From positions 17,456-81,455 of the forward strand of contig JAZTYU010000009.1 of NCBI GenBank assembly GCA_045637165.1: a stretch of 64,000 nucleotides of DNA, in the 5' to 3' direction. Within the stretch, counting starts at the first letter, position 1. Every line of letters starts with the position of its first letter. This stretch comes from Candidatus Enterousia sp. Its GTDB lineage: Bacteria; Pseudomonadota; Alphaproteobacteria; Rs-D84. Positions 9,863 to 19,531 of this stretch are shown one piece after another. The translations under genes and the position numbers were made by a program. Below the pieces are notes generated by a model. It made no database searches. It was not told the DNA's origin and was given only the letters and a program-made list of their open reading frames with translations.

Positions 9863-11113
9863 ATGAAAAAATTTTTTATCATACTAACACTTGCACTTAC
9901 AATTACACAATCACACGGGGCAAAATTAAAATATCCACACCTTAGTCAATACTGGGGCAATGGTGAAATGAATTACTGTGGCGATAATGATATTGCCAAC
10001 GCCTGCATCGGCGAAGCAACCAAACACAAATGCGCCCCCGGCAAAATTTACTCTGCCCGTTACCAATTTTACAATGGCAAATACACATACACTGATGAAT
10101 TTTCAAACCTGATGATGATGGCACGTGAATTTAATGAACACGGCGCACTATTTTGCCCAACACAACTTGACGGACAAAACGAAAACGACAGCAAAGGCTA
10201 TACCGCATACTATGAACCCAATGGCACAAATACCTGTGTATGGCTGTGCCAGGCGGGTTGGACTGGCCCAAACTGCAACGCACACACAACCGAATTTGAT
10301 GGCACTTGCAACCTAAACAAATTTTTGCGTTCAAACTACTCCGACATCAAATCTGTCCACGATTTTGATAAAAACAGCAAAGGAAATATAGAAGACCAAA
10401 TACCATTTTTTTATATAAACGATTATCAAACATGCTCATATATAAAATCCAACGGCAACACATCCAGCATAAAAGAGAACGAACACGATATGGGGTTATT
10501 TATTACCCGATGGCTGGACAGTGGCAACGGCGCATTTGCCCGTCAAATGATTGTCCTGTCAAAACGAACCGGCACAAATTCATCGGACATATATGTCTAT
10601 CCTGCATCAAAAAGCACCGAAATTCTGGTATGTATCAACGGCTACCAACCAAATTTAGCCGGCACCGATTGCGAACCAATAAATCACGAATCCTGCACAA
10701 TGACGGTCGCATCCCAAAATATGTGTGGCGGTTGGACATTATCGGGCTTTGATTCCGAACAACACGTCCTGACCGATTCTGATGGTTGCTATAAATACAC
10801 CTGCAAAAAAACGGGCTATGCCTTTGCAGGCATTGCCGACCATACCTGCACCGAATGCACAACCACAAACCGTGGCGGTATAGAACCAAACAACGGCACC
10901 TGTGTAAAATGCCCCAGTGGCACCATATTCAATAAAAAGGACACTGCAAATAACTTTTGCAGTCCCGCAATCGGTCTTTCTAAGTCAGATATGATGTATG
11001 GTCGTGGCAAGACAAAAAATAACGCCGGCAATATATCTGAACAATGTTGGACAATGACCGACCCCGACAAATACAAAGAATGTGTTCTGAATCAAAATAA
11101 CGGGTCGAAATAA
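9863..11113 (+). CDS. Secreted cysteine-rich protein with EGF-like module
   Basis: Signal peptide MKKFFIILTLALTITQSHGA; ~30 Cys; CVWLCQAGWTGPNC matches the EGF-like C-x-C-x2-G-W-x-G-x2-C pattern; further CxC/CxxC clusters (CTECTTTNRGGIEPNNGTCVKCPSGT). Confidence 0.6.
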   Translation: MKKFFIILTLALTITQSHGAKLKYPHLSQYWGNGEMNYCGDNDIANACIGEATKHKCAPGKIYSARYQFYNGKYTYTDEFSNLMMMAREFNEHGALFCPTQLDGQNENDSKGYTAYYEPNGTNTCVWLCQAGWTGPNCNAHTTEFDGTCNLNKFLRSNYSDIKSVHDFDKNSKGNIEDQIPFFYINDYQTCSYIKSNGNTSSIKENEHDMGLFITRWLDSGNGAFARQMIVLSKRTGTNSSDIYVYPASKSTEILVCINGYQPNLAGTDCEPINHESCTMTVASQNMCGGWTLSGFDSEQHVLTDSDGCYKYTCKKTGYAFAGIADHTCTECTTTNRGGIEPNNGTCVKCPSGTIFNKKDTANNFCSPAIGLSKSDMMYGRGKTKNNAGNISEQCWTMTDPDKYKECVLNQNNGSK

Positions 11114-11125
11114 ATTCGACCCTTT

Positions 11126-11770
11126 TTATATATTTTTTGCTTTATACGAACAAATATGCGCTGCTGCACAGTTTGCACAATCTGGCCGCAAGGCCTTGCA
11201 CACATAACGCCCATGCAAAACCATCACATGATTTACAATTGAATGATATTTTTTTGGAATAAATTCCAGCAACCTACGTTCAACCTTTTCTGGTGTATTA
11301 TCCGCATCACTAACCCACCCATAACGATGTGCATTTCGAAAAACGTGCGTATCCACACCAATATTCGGTGCCCCCCACAGAACATTACAAACAACATTTG
11401 CTGTCTTTTGCCCAATACCTGGCAACTGCATCAAATTATCTCGATTGTGATATTTTTCAGGGAACACATCTTCAACAGATTCTGCAACCAAACGCTCGGC
11501 CAAGGCAATGATATTCTTTGCCTTGTTATTAAAGAATGAAATAACCCTGATATGCTCTTTTAATCCGTCCAACCCCAACGCCAACATTTTTTTGGGCGTT
11601 GATGCCACACGAAACAATTCAGGCGTCACCTCATTCACCTTTTTATCGGTTGCCTGGGCAGACAGAATAACCGCCACGGCAAAATTAAATTCATTTGTAT
11701 GATACAGTTCCGACCGAATAGTCATATCAACGGTCGGAATAACTGCATCAAAATATTGTGCCGGTTTCAT
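11126..11770 (-). CDS. nth: Endonuclease III
   Basis: HhH-GPD motif (LPGIGQKTANVVCNVLWG) and C-terminal 4Fe-4S Cys cluster (CKALRPDCANCAAAHIC). Confidence 0.9.
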   Translation of the reverse strand: MKPAQYFDAVIPTVDMTIRSELYHTNEFNFAVAVILSAQATDKKVNEVTPELFRVASTPKKMLALGLDGLKEHIRVISFFNNKAKNIIALAERLVAESVEDVFPEKYHNRDNLMQLPGIGQKTANVVCNVLWGAPNIGVDTHVFRNAHRYGWVSDADNTPEKVERRLLEFIPKKYHSIVNHVMVLHGRYVCKALRPDCANCAAAHICSYKAKNI

Positions 11771-11783
11771 ATCTACCTATTTT

Positions 11784-14700
11784 TTATGCTTTTTTAACAG
11801 CAATACTGAACGAATATCCTTCGATATCGGTGTTGTATTCACCTTCACTGATATTCATTTCAACAACCAGCGCATCACGCATAATGCGACGCTTGTGCTG
11901 TTCGATTGCATTTGCCAATGCTGGTTCTGCCGTATATGTCAAAATAATTCTATCTGACACATCCAGCCCTGCTGCCTTGCGAGTATCCTGAATAAAACGC
12001 AATGCGTCATTAGCCAATCCTTCGGCGACCAACTCGGCACTGATTTCAGTATCTAGCACAACAACAGCAGTATTATCTGACAATGCCGCACCTGTAATCC
12101 CAGGCCGCACGGTCAAACGCATTTCAAATTCATCTGCGTTCAGCACATGCCCTGAGGCAAGCAACTTATCACCATCGATTTCATAATCGCCACGTTTTAC
12201 TGCTGGGATAATTTCTTTTAATGCCCCCCCCAAACGGGCACCAATTTTTGGTGTAATCAAATAGACAAAGCTATCTGCAACCGATTCTATATTTGCATCA
12301 AACTTAATCGATTTCACATTTAATTCGTCCTTGATAATATCTGCATACTTTTCCAGATTTACCCCTGCCACAGTCAACATATTTAACGGCAAACGATTAC
12401 GCAATCCATATTGTTCACGCAACTGTTTACCAACAGACACGATTGCCTGCACACGACGCATATCATCAACGATTTCGTTATCGACATCACCTGGCACAGG
12501 GAACTTGGTCAAATGCACGGATTCATCCCCTGTCAAGTTTGTAAAGATATATTCAGAAACGAACGGTGCGAACGGTGCCAAAACCCTGCATACGCCGGTC
12601 AACACGGTCCACAGCGTATCAAACGCATCTTGTTCTTCATCCCAGAATCTTGCACGACCACGTCTGATATACCAGTTATTTAATATATCCAAGAATCGCA
12701 CAAATTCCTTGATCGCGGCATCAGGCTTATATTCATCCAACGACTTTTTCACTGCTGCAACCAGAACATTTAATTCTGCCAAAATATATTTATCCAACGC
12801 ATTTTCTGGATTTACCATTTCACGTGCTGTGATATTTCCTGCATTTGCATACAATGTAAAGAAGTGATATGCATTCCACAGCGGCGTTTGAATAGTTTTT
12901 GTTGATTCGACAAAAACTTTACCCTCTTTATCAACAGGCACAGGTTCTGCCTTCATAAAATTAGACCCCAAGATATACAAACGCACTGCATCTGCACCAT
13001 ACTGTTCAATCTGTTCACTTGGGTCAACAAAGTTCCGCAAAGATTTCGAAAACTTCTTTTTATTTTCATCAACCACCATACCATTTGCAGACACAACCCT
13101 AAACGCAGGCTTATCAAACAAAGCCGTTGCCAAAACCATCAACGCATAGAACCAACCACGTGTTTGGTCTTGTCCTTCGATAATATAGTCTGCTGGGAAC
13201 GTTGCATTAAACCGGTCAACATTTTCAAATGGATAGTGCAACGACGCCCATGGCATAGACCCTGATTCCACCCAGCAATCTAAAACATCTGGAATACGCA
13301 CCCATCCATCCTTGGTCAGTTTATCCAACGTTGGGCGATGCAAATCATCAACCGGTACACCAAAGAATTCTTCTAGTTCTGCAATAGAACCAAAGATTTT
13401 ATATTCACCATCTTTTTCCCAGATTGGCAACGGCATACCCCAGAAACGATTTCTGGATATAGACCACGGACGAGCATTTTCAATCCACGAACGGAAACGT
13501 TCCCCTGCACTGGTCCAATTCACGGTTGCATTATTTGCCAACAATTTATCTTTGATTTTTGGCACATCGATATACCACGAATCGGTTGCACGCTGAATCA
13601 ATTTTTCTTTGGACCTATCCCCAAACGGATACGAGTGTTTATATTGTTCTTTTTTGACCAAGCGACCATTTGCCTTTAACCAATCCATAATTTTTGGTGT
13701 TGCAGCAAAGATATTTTCCCCTGCGAAATCGACAACTGTTTCATCAAAGTTCCCATATGTCCCAACATTTAACAGCACAGGGAATTTTGGGTCAATATTT
13801 TTTGCCGCCCAAAAGTCTTCTGCCCCATACGCAGGTGCGATATGAACAATACCTGTTCCATCTGAATCAGAAACATAATCTGCTGGGATTACCTGGAACA
13901 ACAAATCAGATTGCCCTGCATAATATGGGAACAACGGTCCATAGTGCAATCCAACCAAGTCAGCCCCTTTGACAGAACCAATCTGCGTTGCATTTGCAAA
14001 CTGTTTTTCATATGCCTTTAATCGACTTGCGGCGACGACATAGACCGCCCCATCACTGTCCTGCATACGCAGATATTCCATATTTGGATTTACCGCCAAC
14101 GCTGAATTTGCAGGCAACGTCCATGGCGTAGTCGTCCATGCAATTGCACGGTCGCCATTTTCCAGTTCGAACCAAACAGTCACCGCATCATCAACAATTT
14201 CACGATAATCACTGGACGCTTCTGAATTAGAAATCACCGTCCCATTTACCCAATCATATGGATTTACACTGTAATCTTTGTATAACAATCCCTTTTCATA
14301 CAAGGACTTTAACGTCCACAGCATAGATTCCATATAGTTCTTATTCATGGTCTTATAACCATATTCATCGCCTATATCGACCCAACGTCCCATACGCTGA
14401 ATAAAATGATTCCACTCATTCGTATACGTCATAACGTCCGACCGACACATATCACAGAATGCCGCAATTCCATCATTTGCAACAATATCCTTGGCGGCCC
14501 GCCCCTGTTTTTTTTCAACCGAATTTTCCGCAGGCAATCCATGGCAATCCCATCCCAATTCACGACGAACGAAACGTCCGTTCATTGTCTGGAAACGTGC
14601 GACCATATCCTTGACCACCGACACCCCCAAATGTCCCCAGTGTGGCAAACCATTTGCAAAAGGCGGCCCGTCATAGAAACTAAACGGATGTCCCTGTTTA

Positions 14701-14813
14701 GTCTGTTCCAACGACTTATGGAAAGTATTTTCATCTGCCCACTTTTTCAAGACACCTTGTTCCAAGGCTGTAAAATCTGGACGTGCATCAGTTTTTGTAT
14801 AAGCCATATTCAT
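11784..14813 (-). CDS. ileS: Isoleucyl-tRNA synthetase, eukaryote-like (type 2) form
   Basis: ~1000 aa class I aaRS: HIGH-region variant PFANGLPHWGHL, KMSKS variant KKFSKS, editing domain, and the long C-terminus typical of type 2 IleRS. SD AGGTGA precedes the ATGs; the ORF track begins at a GTG at 14816. Confidence 0.93.
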   Translation of the reverse strand: MNMAYTKTDARPDFTALEQGVLKKWADENTFHKSLEQTKQGHPFSFYDGPPFANGLPHWGHLGVSVVKDMVARFQTMNGRFVRRELGWDCHGLPAENSVEKKQGRAAKDIVANDGIAAFCDMCRSDVMTYTNEWNHFIQRMGRWVDIGDEYGYKTMNKNYMESMLWTLKSLYEKGLLYKDYSVNPYDWVNGTVISNSEASSDYREIVDDAVTVWFELENGDRAIAWTTTPWTLPANSALAVNPNMEYLRMQDSDGAVYVVAASRLKAYEKQFANATQIGSVKGADLVGLHYGPLFPYYAGQSDLLFQVIPADYVSDSDGTGIVHIAPAYGAEDFWAAKNIDPKFPVLLNVGTYGNFDETVVDFAGENIFAATPKIMDWLKANGRLVKKEQYKHSYPFGDRSKEKLIQRATDSWYIDVPKIKDKLLANNATVNWTSAGERFRSWIENARPWSISRNRFWGMPLPIWEKDGEYKIFGSIAELEEFFGVPVDDLHRPTLDKLTKDGWVRIPDVLDCWVESGSMPWASLHYPFENVDRFNATFPADYIIEGQDQTRGWFYALMVLATALFDKPAFRVVSANGMVVDENKKKFSKSLRNFVDPSEQIEQYGADAVRLYILGSNFMKAEPVPVDKEGKVFVESTKTIQTPLWNAYHFFTLYANAGNITAREMVNPENALDKYILAELNVLVAAVKKSLDEYKPDAAIKEFVRFLDILNNWYIRRGRARFWDEEQDAFDTLWTVLTGVCRVLAPFAPFVSEYIFTNLTGDESVHLTKFPVPGDVDNEIVDDMRRVQAIVSVGKQLREQYGLRNRLPLNMLTVAGVNLEKYADIIKDELNVKSIKFDANIESVADSFVYLITPKIGARLGGALKEIIPAVKRGDYEIDGDKLLASGHVLNADEFEMRLTVRPGITGAALSDNTAVVVLDTEISAELVAEGLANDALRFIQDTRKAAGLDVSDRIILTYTAEPALANAIEQHKRRIMRDALVVEMNISEGEYNTDIEGYSFSIAVKKA

Positions 14814-14825
14814 CACCTGTTTTTA

Positions 14826-14915
14826 AATTAAAAACGGGCGCCCACGCGCCCCAGCCACCGCCAAAGCGCAGTCGCCAGTTATTTAATAATAATTATTGTT
14901 GTCTGAATCATCACG
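14826..14915 (-). promoter_or_regulatory. Putative transcription attenuator of ileS: Ile-rich leader peptide plus intrinsic terminator
   Basis: On the minus strand, ATG at 14911 encodes MIQTTIIIIK (ATG ATT CAG ACA ACA ATA ATT ATT ATT AAA TAA; stop at 14879-14881). About 27 nt downstream is the hairpin GGGCGCGTGGGCGCCC (14836-14851) followed by GUUUUUAAUUU. Then come the SD AGGTGA and the ileS start. Confidence 0.6.
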
Positions 14916-15050
14916 CACCAGGATAAAACAAAAACCTCAAAAAATCAAGTAATTGTATAAATTTCCCTACCCATAAAAAGCCGGCAAAAGCAAAATTTCA
15001 AATAAAAAAACCCCGGACTGGGATTTTTTTATTTGGTTTTCCTCATCATT

Positions 15051-16589
15051 TTATTGGATACCGACGCGGAACTCATCGCCCCAGTTAGAAATCACCTGAC
15101 CTCCAACAGTGCATTGAATATCTTCGAAACCATCTTCGATTTGGTTCTTTTTTACAATATTACTGGTTATCAAGCCCCCAGCAGTTCCCAAAACAACCCC
15201 TGCCACAGAATCTGATACCAAACGTGAAGTATTAAAATTACCTTTTTCGTCTTTCCAGACACTGACCTTGAATCCAGAACGAATCGAATCCAACACATCT
15301 GCCGCACTGGTTATACGTTTTTGAATCGCCGACACTTCAGCCTCCGCTTCCAATTTTTCACGCTTCGCACGTGCATCATCAGATTCAACACAGGCAGTCC
15401 CTGCATCATTTAATACCTTGTCATCATCTTTGCAACGACATTCTTTTTCTATCATATCCCACACAGCACCAACAACTTTCTCGCAATTTTCAATCGCAGG
15501 ATTCAAAACACATTTCTTACCCCGATAAATATTACGTGGATTATCGCATTTACATTGACCTGTTTCCCAATATGCTCCTGTTCCAGACGCAGCCTCGCAT
15601 TCACGTCGTGCAGTGGCTTCATCTGTCAAATCACATTTGTTTCCATTGCGTTTGTAATTATCATCTAAGCAAACACAAACACCACCATCTTCACGTAAAT
15701 TTTTAGCATTATCACATTTGCACAAACTACCTTTCCACTCCCCACCAGAATCACGACATCTTTTTGCTTTTTGTTGATTTTGCTGTTCTTGCTGTTTCCG
15801 TCTATTATCATCCTCTTCTTTCTTTTTTCTTTCCTTGAATTCTTTGGTTTCAACACAGCCCTGGGTCGCTGATTTAAATTCGTAATCATTATTGATACAT
15901 TCACAAGCGGTTCTGTCTGCTTTTAATTTCAAATTTTTTCCTGCATCACAAGAACAAGTATTATTCGACCAAACGCCACCAGACGTTTCACAAACATTTT
16001 GCCGATTGTCCACTATACAATCTGTTTTAGCTGTATTTGGAATATACCCTTCATTACACGCATAATAAACACAGGCATCATTCCCTGCCAATGTAATATC
16101 GTTATCACCAGCTGTCTCGGTATGGGTTGTTTTTGAACCGGCCAACAGATATCTTGTGCGTCCATTTTCTGTTGCTGCTTGTTTTAGAGGAGAATTGTTA
16201 CAAACAACTGTTGGATTATATGACCGCCACTCGTCCCAAGCCCCAGTAATATCTACACATTGAAACAAATGAATAATTTCATTATCATGCACATCACGTT
16301 GCCCAATAATACGCCCATAACCACACTCTTGCCCATTATTAAATGCCCCATTATCACTATCACAAGAATAACATTGGTCGCTACCTGGGTGCGAACGAAT
16401 GTATTCTTGGTTTTCACCAACAGCCAAATCATTATCTGGACACGCCGCTAAAATACATTTTTGCAAAGAGCTTCCCGCCGAATAAGTTAATGGTTGCATC
16501 CCATACCCATATGTCGGACTTGCAAAACTTGCCCCACCTGCAAGCATAAAGATTCCACAAAAAACTGACAGCATCAGAATTTTTTTCAT
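15051..16589 (-). CDS. Secreted cysteine-rich repeat protein (512 aa) with a charged coiled-coil segment
   Basis: Signal peptide MKKILMLSVFCGIFMLAGGASFA; repeated ~30-aa Cys modules (CSCDAGKNLKLKADRTACEC; CKCDNAKNLREDGGVCVC; CKCDNPRNIYRGKKC; CRCKDDDKVLNDAGTAC); central KE/Q-rich stretch; sigma70-like promoter upstream. Similar in style to the 9863 gene. Confidence 0.6.
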   Translation of the reverse strand: MKKILMLSVFCGIFMLAGGASFASPTYGYGMQPLTYSAGSSLQKCILAACPDNDLAVGENQEYIRSHPGSDQCYSCDSDNGAFNNGQECGYGRIIGQRDVHDNEIIHLFQCVDITGAWDEWRSYNPTVVCNNSPLKQAATENGRTRYLLAGSKTTHTETAGDNDITLAGNDACVYYACNEGYIPNTAKTDCIVDNRQNVCETSGGVWSNNTCSCDAGKNLKLKADRTACECINNDYEFKSATQGCVETKEFKERKKKEEDDNRRKQQEQQNQQKAKRCRDSGGEWKGSLCKCDNAKNLREDGGVCVCLDDNYKRNGNKCDLTDEATARRECEAASGTGAYWETGQCKCDNPRNIYRGKKCVLNPAIENCEKVVGAVWDMIEKECRCKDDDKVLNDAGTACVESDDARAKREKLEAEAEVSAIQKRITSAADVLDSIRSGFKVSVWKDEKGNFNTSRLVSDSVAGVVLGTAGGLITSNIVKKNQIEDGFEDIQCTVGGQVISNWGDEFRVGIQ

Positions 16590-16661
16590 ATCCTTTCCCC
16601 TTTGAATCTAGATATCATTATTGCTTTTATTTTACCATAATTACTCCATCAATCCAAATAT

Positions 16662-16688
16662 AAAAACGCCCAAACGGGCGGTTTTTAT
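16662..16688 (-). terminator. Intrinsic terminator after dnaA
   Basis: cgccc-aaac-gggcg hairpin with a T-run on the minus strand (aaaaacgcccaaacgggcggttttta). Confidence 0.6.
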
Positions 16689-17962
16689 TTACATTCATTT
16701 ACAAACTGTTGTATCTGCGCTGCCAAAACCAAATCATTTGCTTTTTGCTTTTCAATCTGTTTGATTGCATACAAAACTGTTGCATGATCACGACCACCAA
16801 CAAAATTACCAATTTCTGACAAAGACAACTGTGTCGCTTCTTTTAATACAACCATCATAATCTGACGTGCCAAGACCAATGAACGACTGCGACCGGTGCC
16901 ACAAACTGCATCATATGAAACTGCCAATTTTTCACACATATCTTTGACCATTGCTGTTGGTGTTTTTGCAGTCTGCAATGTATCTGCCAACAAACGCTGT
17001 GCAATTTCCATATCAACATTTGCACCCATCAATTCAACATATGCTTTGATTTTTGTTGCAACACCTGCGATTTGATGCCCATCATTTGCAATACGTTTTA
17101 CCAAAACATCTGCAACATCTGATTTTACACCTGCACGTTTCAACATAACTGACTTCACATATGTATTTGGTGCAATGACATCTGCAACCAAACCTGATGC
17201 CAACAACCCCTGGGCATGACGATCAAAACCTGTCAAATTGCTTGGTGCTGCATTTGCAGTGATAACAATATTTTTGCCAGCGTTGCGTAAATCAACAACC
17301 AACTGCAAGAATTCTTCTGTTGATGCTTTCTTGCCACTTAATGCCTGAACATCATCCAAGATAAATGTTTCGCAATTACGGCAGAAATCTTTGAATGCGA
17401 AAACATTGTGTTCTTTCAGACTGCGTGTGAATTCAGAAACAAACTGTGCACCACTCATCTTTACAACTTTTGAATTTGATGCACCACAAATGCATTCTGC
17501 CAACAAAGATTTACCACAACCTGCCGCACCATAGATAAACAATGGTGAAAACGCAACCACACCTGCTGCAACTTTCTTGCATGCAGAAACAACAAACATA
17601 TTTTCATCTGATGTAACAAAAGCATCAAAAGCAACGTTTGTAGCAACTGGTGTTGCGACTGGTGCGAATGCCTGTGCCTTGTTGTCATTTGCAACTGATG
17701 TTGCGGCAACCTTGGCATTACGAACAACAACTTTTACACCCAAACCAAAAGATGCAGCAACATCTGATAAAACACCTGCATGAACACTGTTGATAAAATC
17801 CGCTGAAAACTGATTTTGTGCACCTAATACCAAAACACCATCTACAACATCAAAAGACAAAGGTGCAATCCAAGAAGTAAATGTAGCAGAATCGACTTTT
17901 GCAGCAATGGCCCCTTTGATTGTTTCCAGGTTTGTCATTTTAATTTTTACTGCTGTCTGCAT
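16685..17962 (-). CDS. dnaA: Chromosomal replication initiator DnaA
   Basis: AAA+ Walker A (GAAGCGKSLL), sensor motifs, C-terminal DNA-binding domain IV (GGRDHATVLYAIKQIEK). The ORF track starts at a TTG at 18028; the ATG at 17962 (MQTAVKIKM) is likelier. Confidence 0.9.
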   Translation of the reverse strand: MQTAVKIKMTNLETIKGAIAAKVDSATFTSWIAPLSFDVVDGVLVLGAQNQFSADFINSVHAGVLSDVAASFGLGVKVVVRNAKVAATSVANDNKAQAFAPVATPVATNVAFDAFVTSDENMFVVSACKKVAAGVVAFSPLFIYGAAGCGKSLLAECICGASNSKVVKMSGAQFVSEFTRSLKEHNVFAFKDFCRNCETFILDDVQALSGKKASTEEFLQLVVDLRNAGKNIVITANAAPSNLTGFDRHAQGLLASGLVADVIAPNTYVKSVMLKRAGVKSDVADVLVKRIANDGHQIAGVATKIKAYVELMGANVDMEIAQRLLADTLQTAKTPTAMVKDMCEKLAVSYDAVCGTGRSRSLVLARQIMMVVLKEATQLSLSEIGNFVGGRDHATVLYAIKQIEKQKANDLVLAAQIQQFVNECK

Positions 17963-18156
17963 TCTGTTTCTCCTTTCCTTCCCTAAAAGAGAGCCGTCTG
18001 AACCAGGTTGTAAAAGCCACCTGCACAAAACACCATTTTCTGCCTTCCTGTTCAGAATTATGATATTTTTATTGTCCTACTTTTAACTCTCTCGCCGTTA
18101 AAATTTTTGAACTTCATTTTATTTCTGGCCTTTGAACCTAAATAAAAATCCATCCA

Positions 18157-18248
18157 TTTTCTCAGAACATTATCTTGAAATCTCTCTCAAAACCGTGCCC
18201 TGTTTTCTCAGAACGTTATCTTGAAATCTCTCTCAAAACCCCGCCCCG
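18157..18248. repeat. Two tandem 46-bp direct repeats in the AT-rich dnaA upstream region (candidate oriC/regulatory iterons)
   Basis: ttttctcagaacattatcttgaaatctctctcaaaaccgtgccctg (18157-18202), then ttttctcagaacgttatcttgaaatctctctcaaaaccccgccccg (18203-18248). They sit in a 385-bp intergenic region that also has long AT-rich runs and a tatatacaacgtatatac palindrome. Confidence 0.5.
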
Positions 18249-18413
18249 TTTTTTTGCTTGTTTTTCGTTTTGGATACGTCAAATAAGTTAAATGATATTT
18301 TCCAGTTTACAACCAAACTTTAACCAAATTTTTCACTTTTATTTTTTGACAACGATTCGTTTTTTTACCTGTTTTCTGCCCTTTGTATATACAACGTATA
18401 TACATAAAAAGAA

Positions 18414-19436
18414 TCAGTTTCGAACATAGCCGCCGTCAACTTTTCGCACTAAACCCTGCAATTCCAAGACAACTAATTCACTTTTAATTTCCGAAACAGA
18501 TTTTTTGACAACACCTGTCAATACAGATTCTGACACAGGAACAGTTCCTATTGCGTCAATTAGATTAAATTCCGCATCAGATTTTTTTGATATTTTTTTC
18601 TCATTTGAATTTTTTTCATCCATCGCAAAGAAATCATCTGGCCCCATACACAGTTTTGCATCACCATTCCGAATCAGTGTGTTTGGCCCCAACGCCCGGG
18701 AATCTGCGGGATGCGATGGGATTGCCCACACATCACGCCCATATTCAATTGCGAATCGTGCCGTTGTCATTGAACCCGATTTCAGGTCCGCCTCGCCCAG
18801 AATCAGGCGATTTGCCAATCCTGCAACGATTCGGTTTCGCTGAACAAAATTAGTTGCAACCGGCACATACCCAACAGGCATTTCGCTGACAATGGCCCCC
18901 CGCTCTAATATTTCATAATACAAACGTTCGTTTTCCAGTGGCCAAATATAATCTACCCCACCAGCCAGAACCGCAATCGTTTGGGAGTCCCCACTCGCAC
19001 GCAATGCCCCACGATGTGCAGCCGTATCTGTTCCAATTGCCATACCAGATATAACTGCCACATTATTTTCTGCAAATCGTTGTGCAATATCGGCGACCAA
19101 TTCCATACCTGCGGCTGTTGCGTGCCTTGTTCCAACAATAGCGACCGCATTTTTCTTCAAGACATCTAAATTTCCACGCACCGAAATAACAGGCGAATGA
19201 TTTTTTACTGCCTTCAAAACCACGGGATAACGTTCATCTTCATCATCTATATAATATATATGTTGTTTTTGTGCGGCCTCTATCTCGCTCAGGACCGAAT
19301 CGCAAAATGCCACATCTGAATTTAATGATTGTGCAGCCGCCACCACAGAACCGAATCGTTCAACCAACGCCCGATACTTTACAGGTCCAATACCTGGCGT
19401 TCTCAAAATCAATAACTTATTATATATATCTGACAT
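18414..19436 (-). CDS. dprA: DNA processing protein DprA (Smf)
   Basis: N-terminal SAM-like (LRTPGIGPVKYRALVERFGS) and Rossmann core (AIVGTRHATAAGMELVADIAQ...VISGMAIGTDTAAHRGAL). Confidence 0.85.
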   Translation of the reverse strand: MSDIYNKLLILRTPGIGPVKYRALVERFGSVVAAAQSLNSDVAFCDSVLSEIEAAQKQHIYYIDDEDERYPVVLKAVKNHSPVISVRGNLDVLKKNAVAIVGTRHATAAGMELVADIAQRFAENNVAVISGMAIGTDTAAHRGALRASGDSQTIAVLAGGVDYIWPLENERLYYEILERGAIVSEMPVGYVPVATNFVQRNRIVAGLANRLILGEADLKSGSMTTARFAIEYGRDVWAIPSHPADSRALGPNTLIRNGDAKLCMGPDDFFAMDEKNSNEKKISKKSDAEFNLIDAIGTVPVSESVLTGVVKKSVSEIKSELVVLELQGLVRKVDGGYVRN

Positions 19437-19531
19437 AAATGGACTATACGATAATTTTGAAATTTAATTCAAGTGCATTTAATCACACCGATTCGTTCTT
19501 AAAAAAAATCCGCTTGTGCGGATTTCTTTTA

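Noticed and set aside
18318-18334. CtrA-type TTAA-N7-TTAAC box in the dnaA upstream region
   Set aside because: Only one TTAAC half-site is present (the upstream half reads TTTA), so the full motif is absent.
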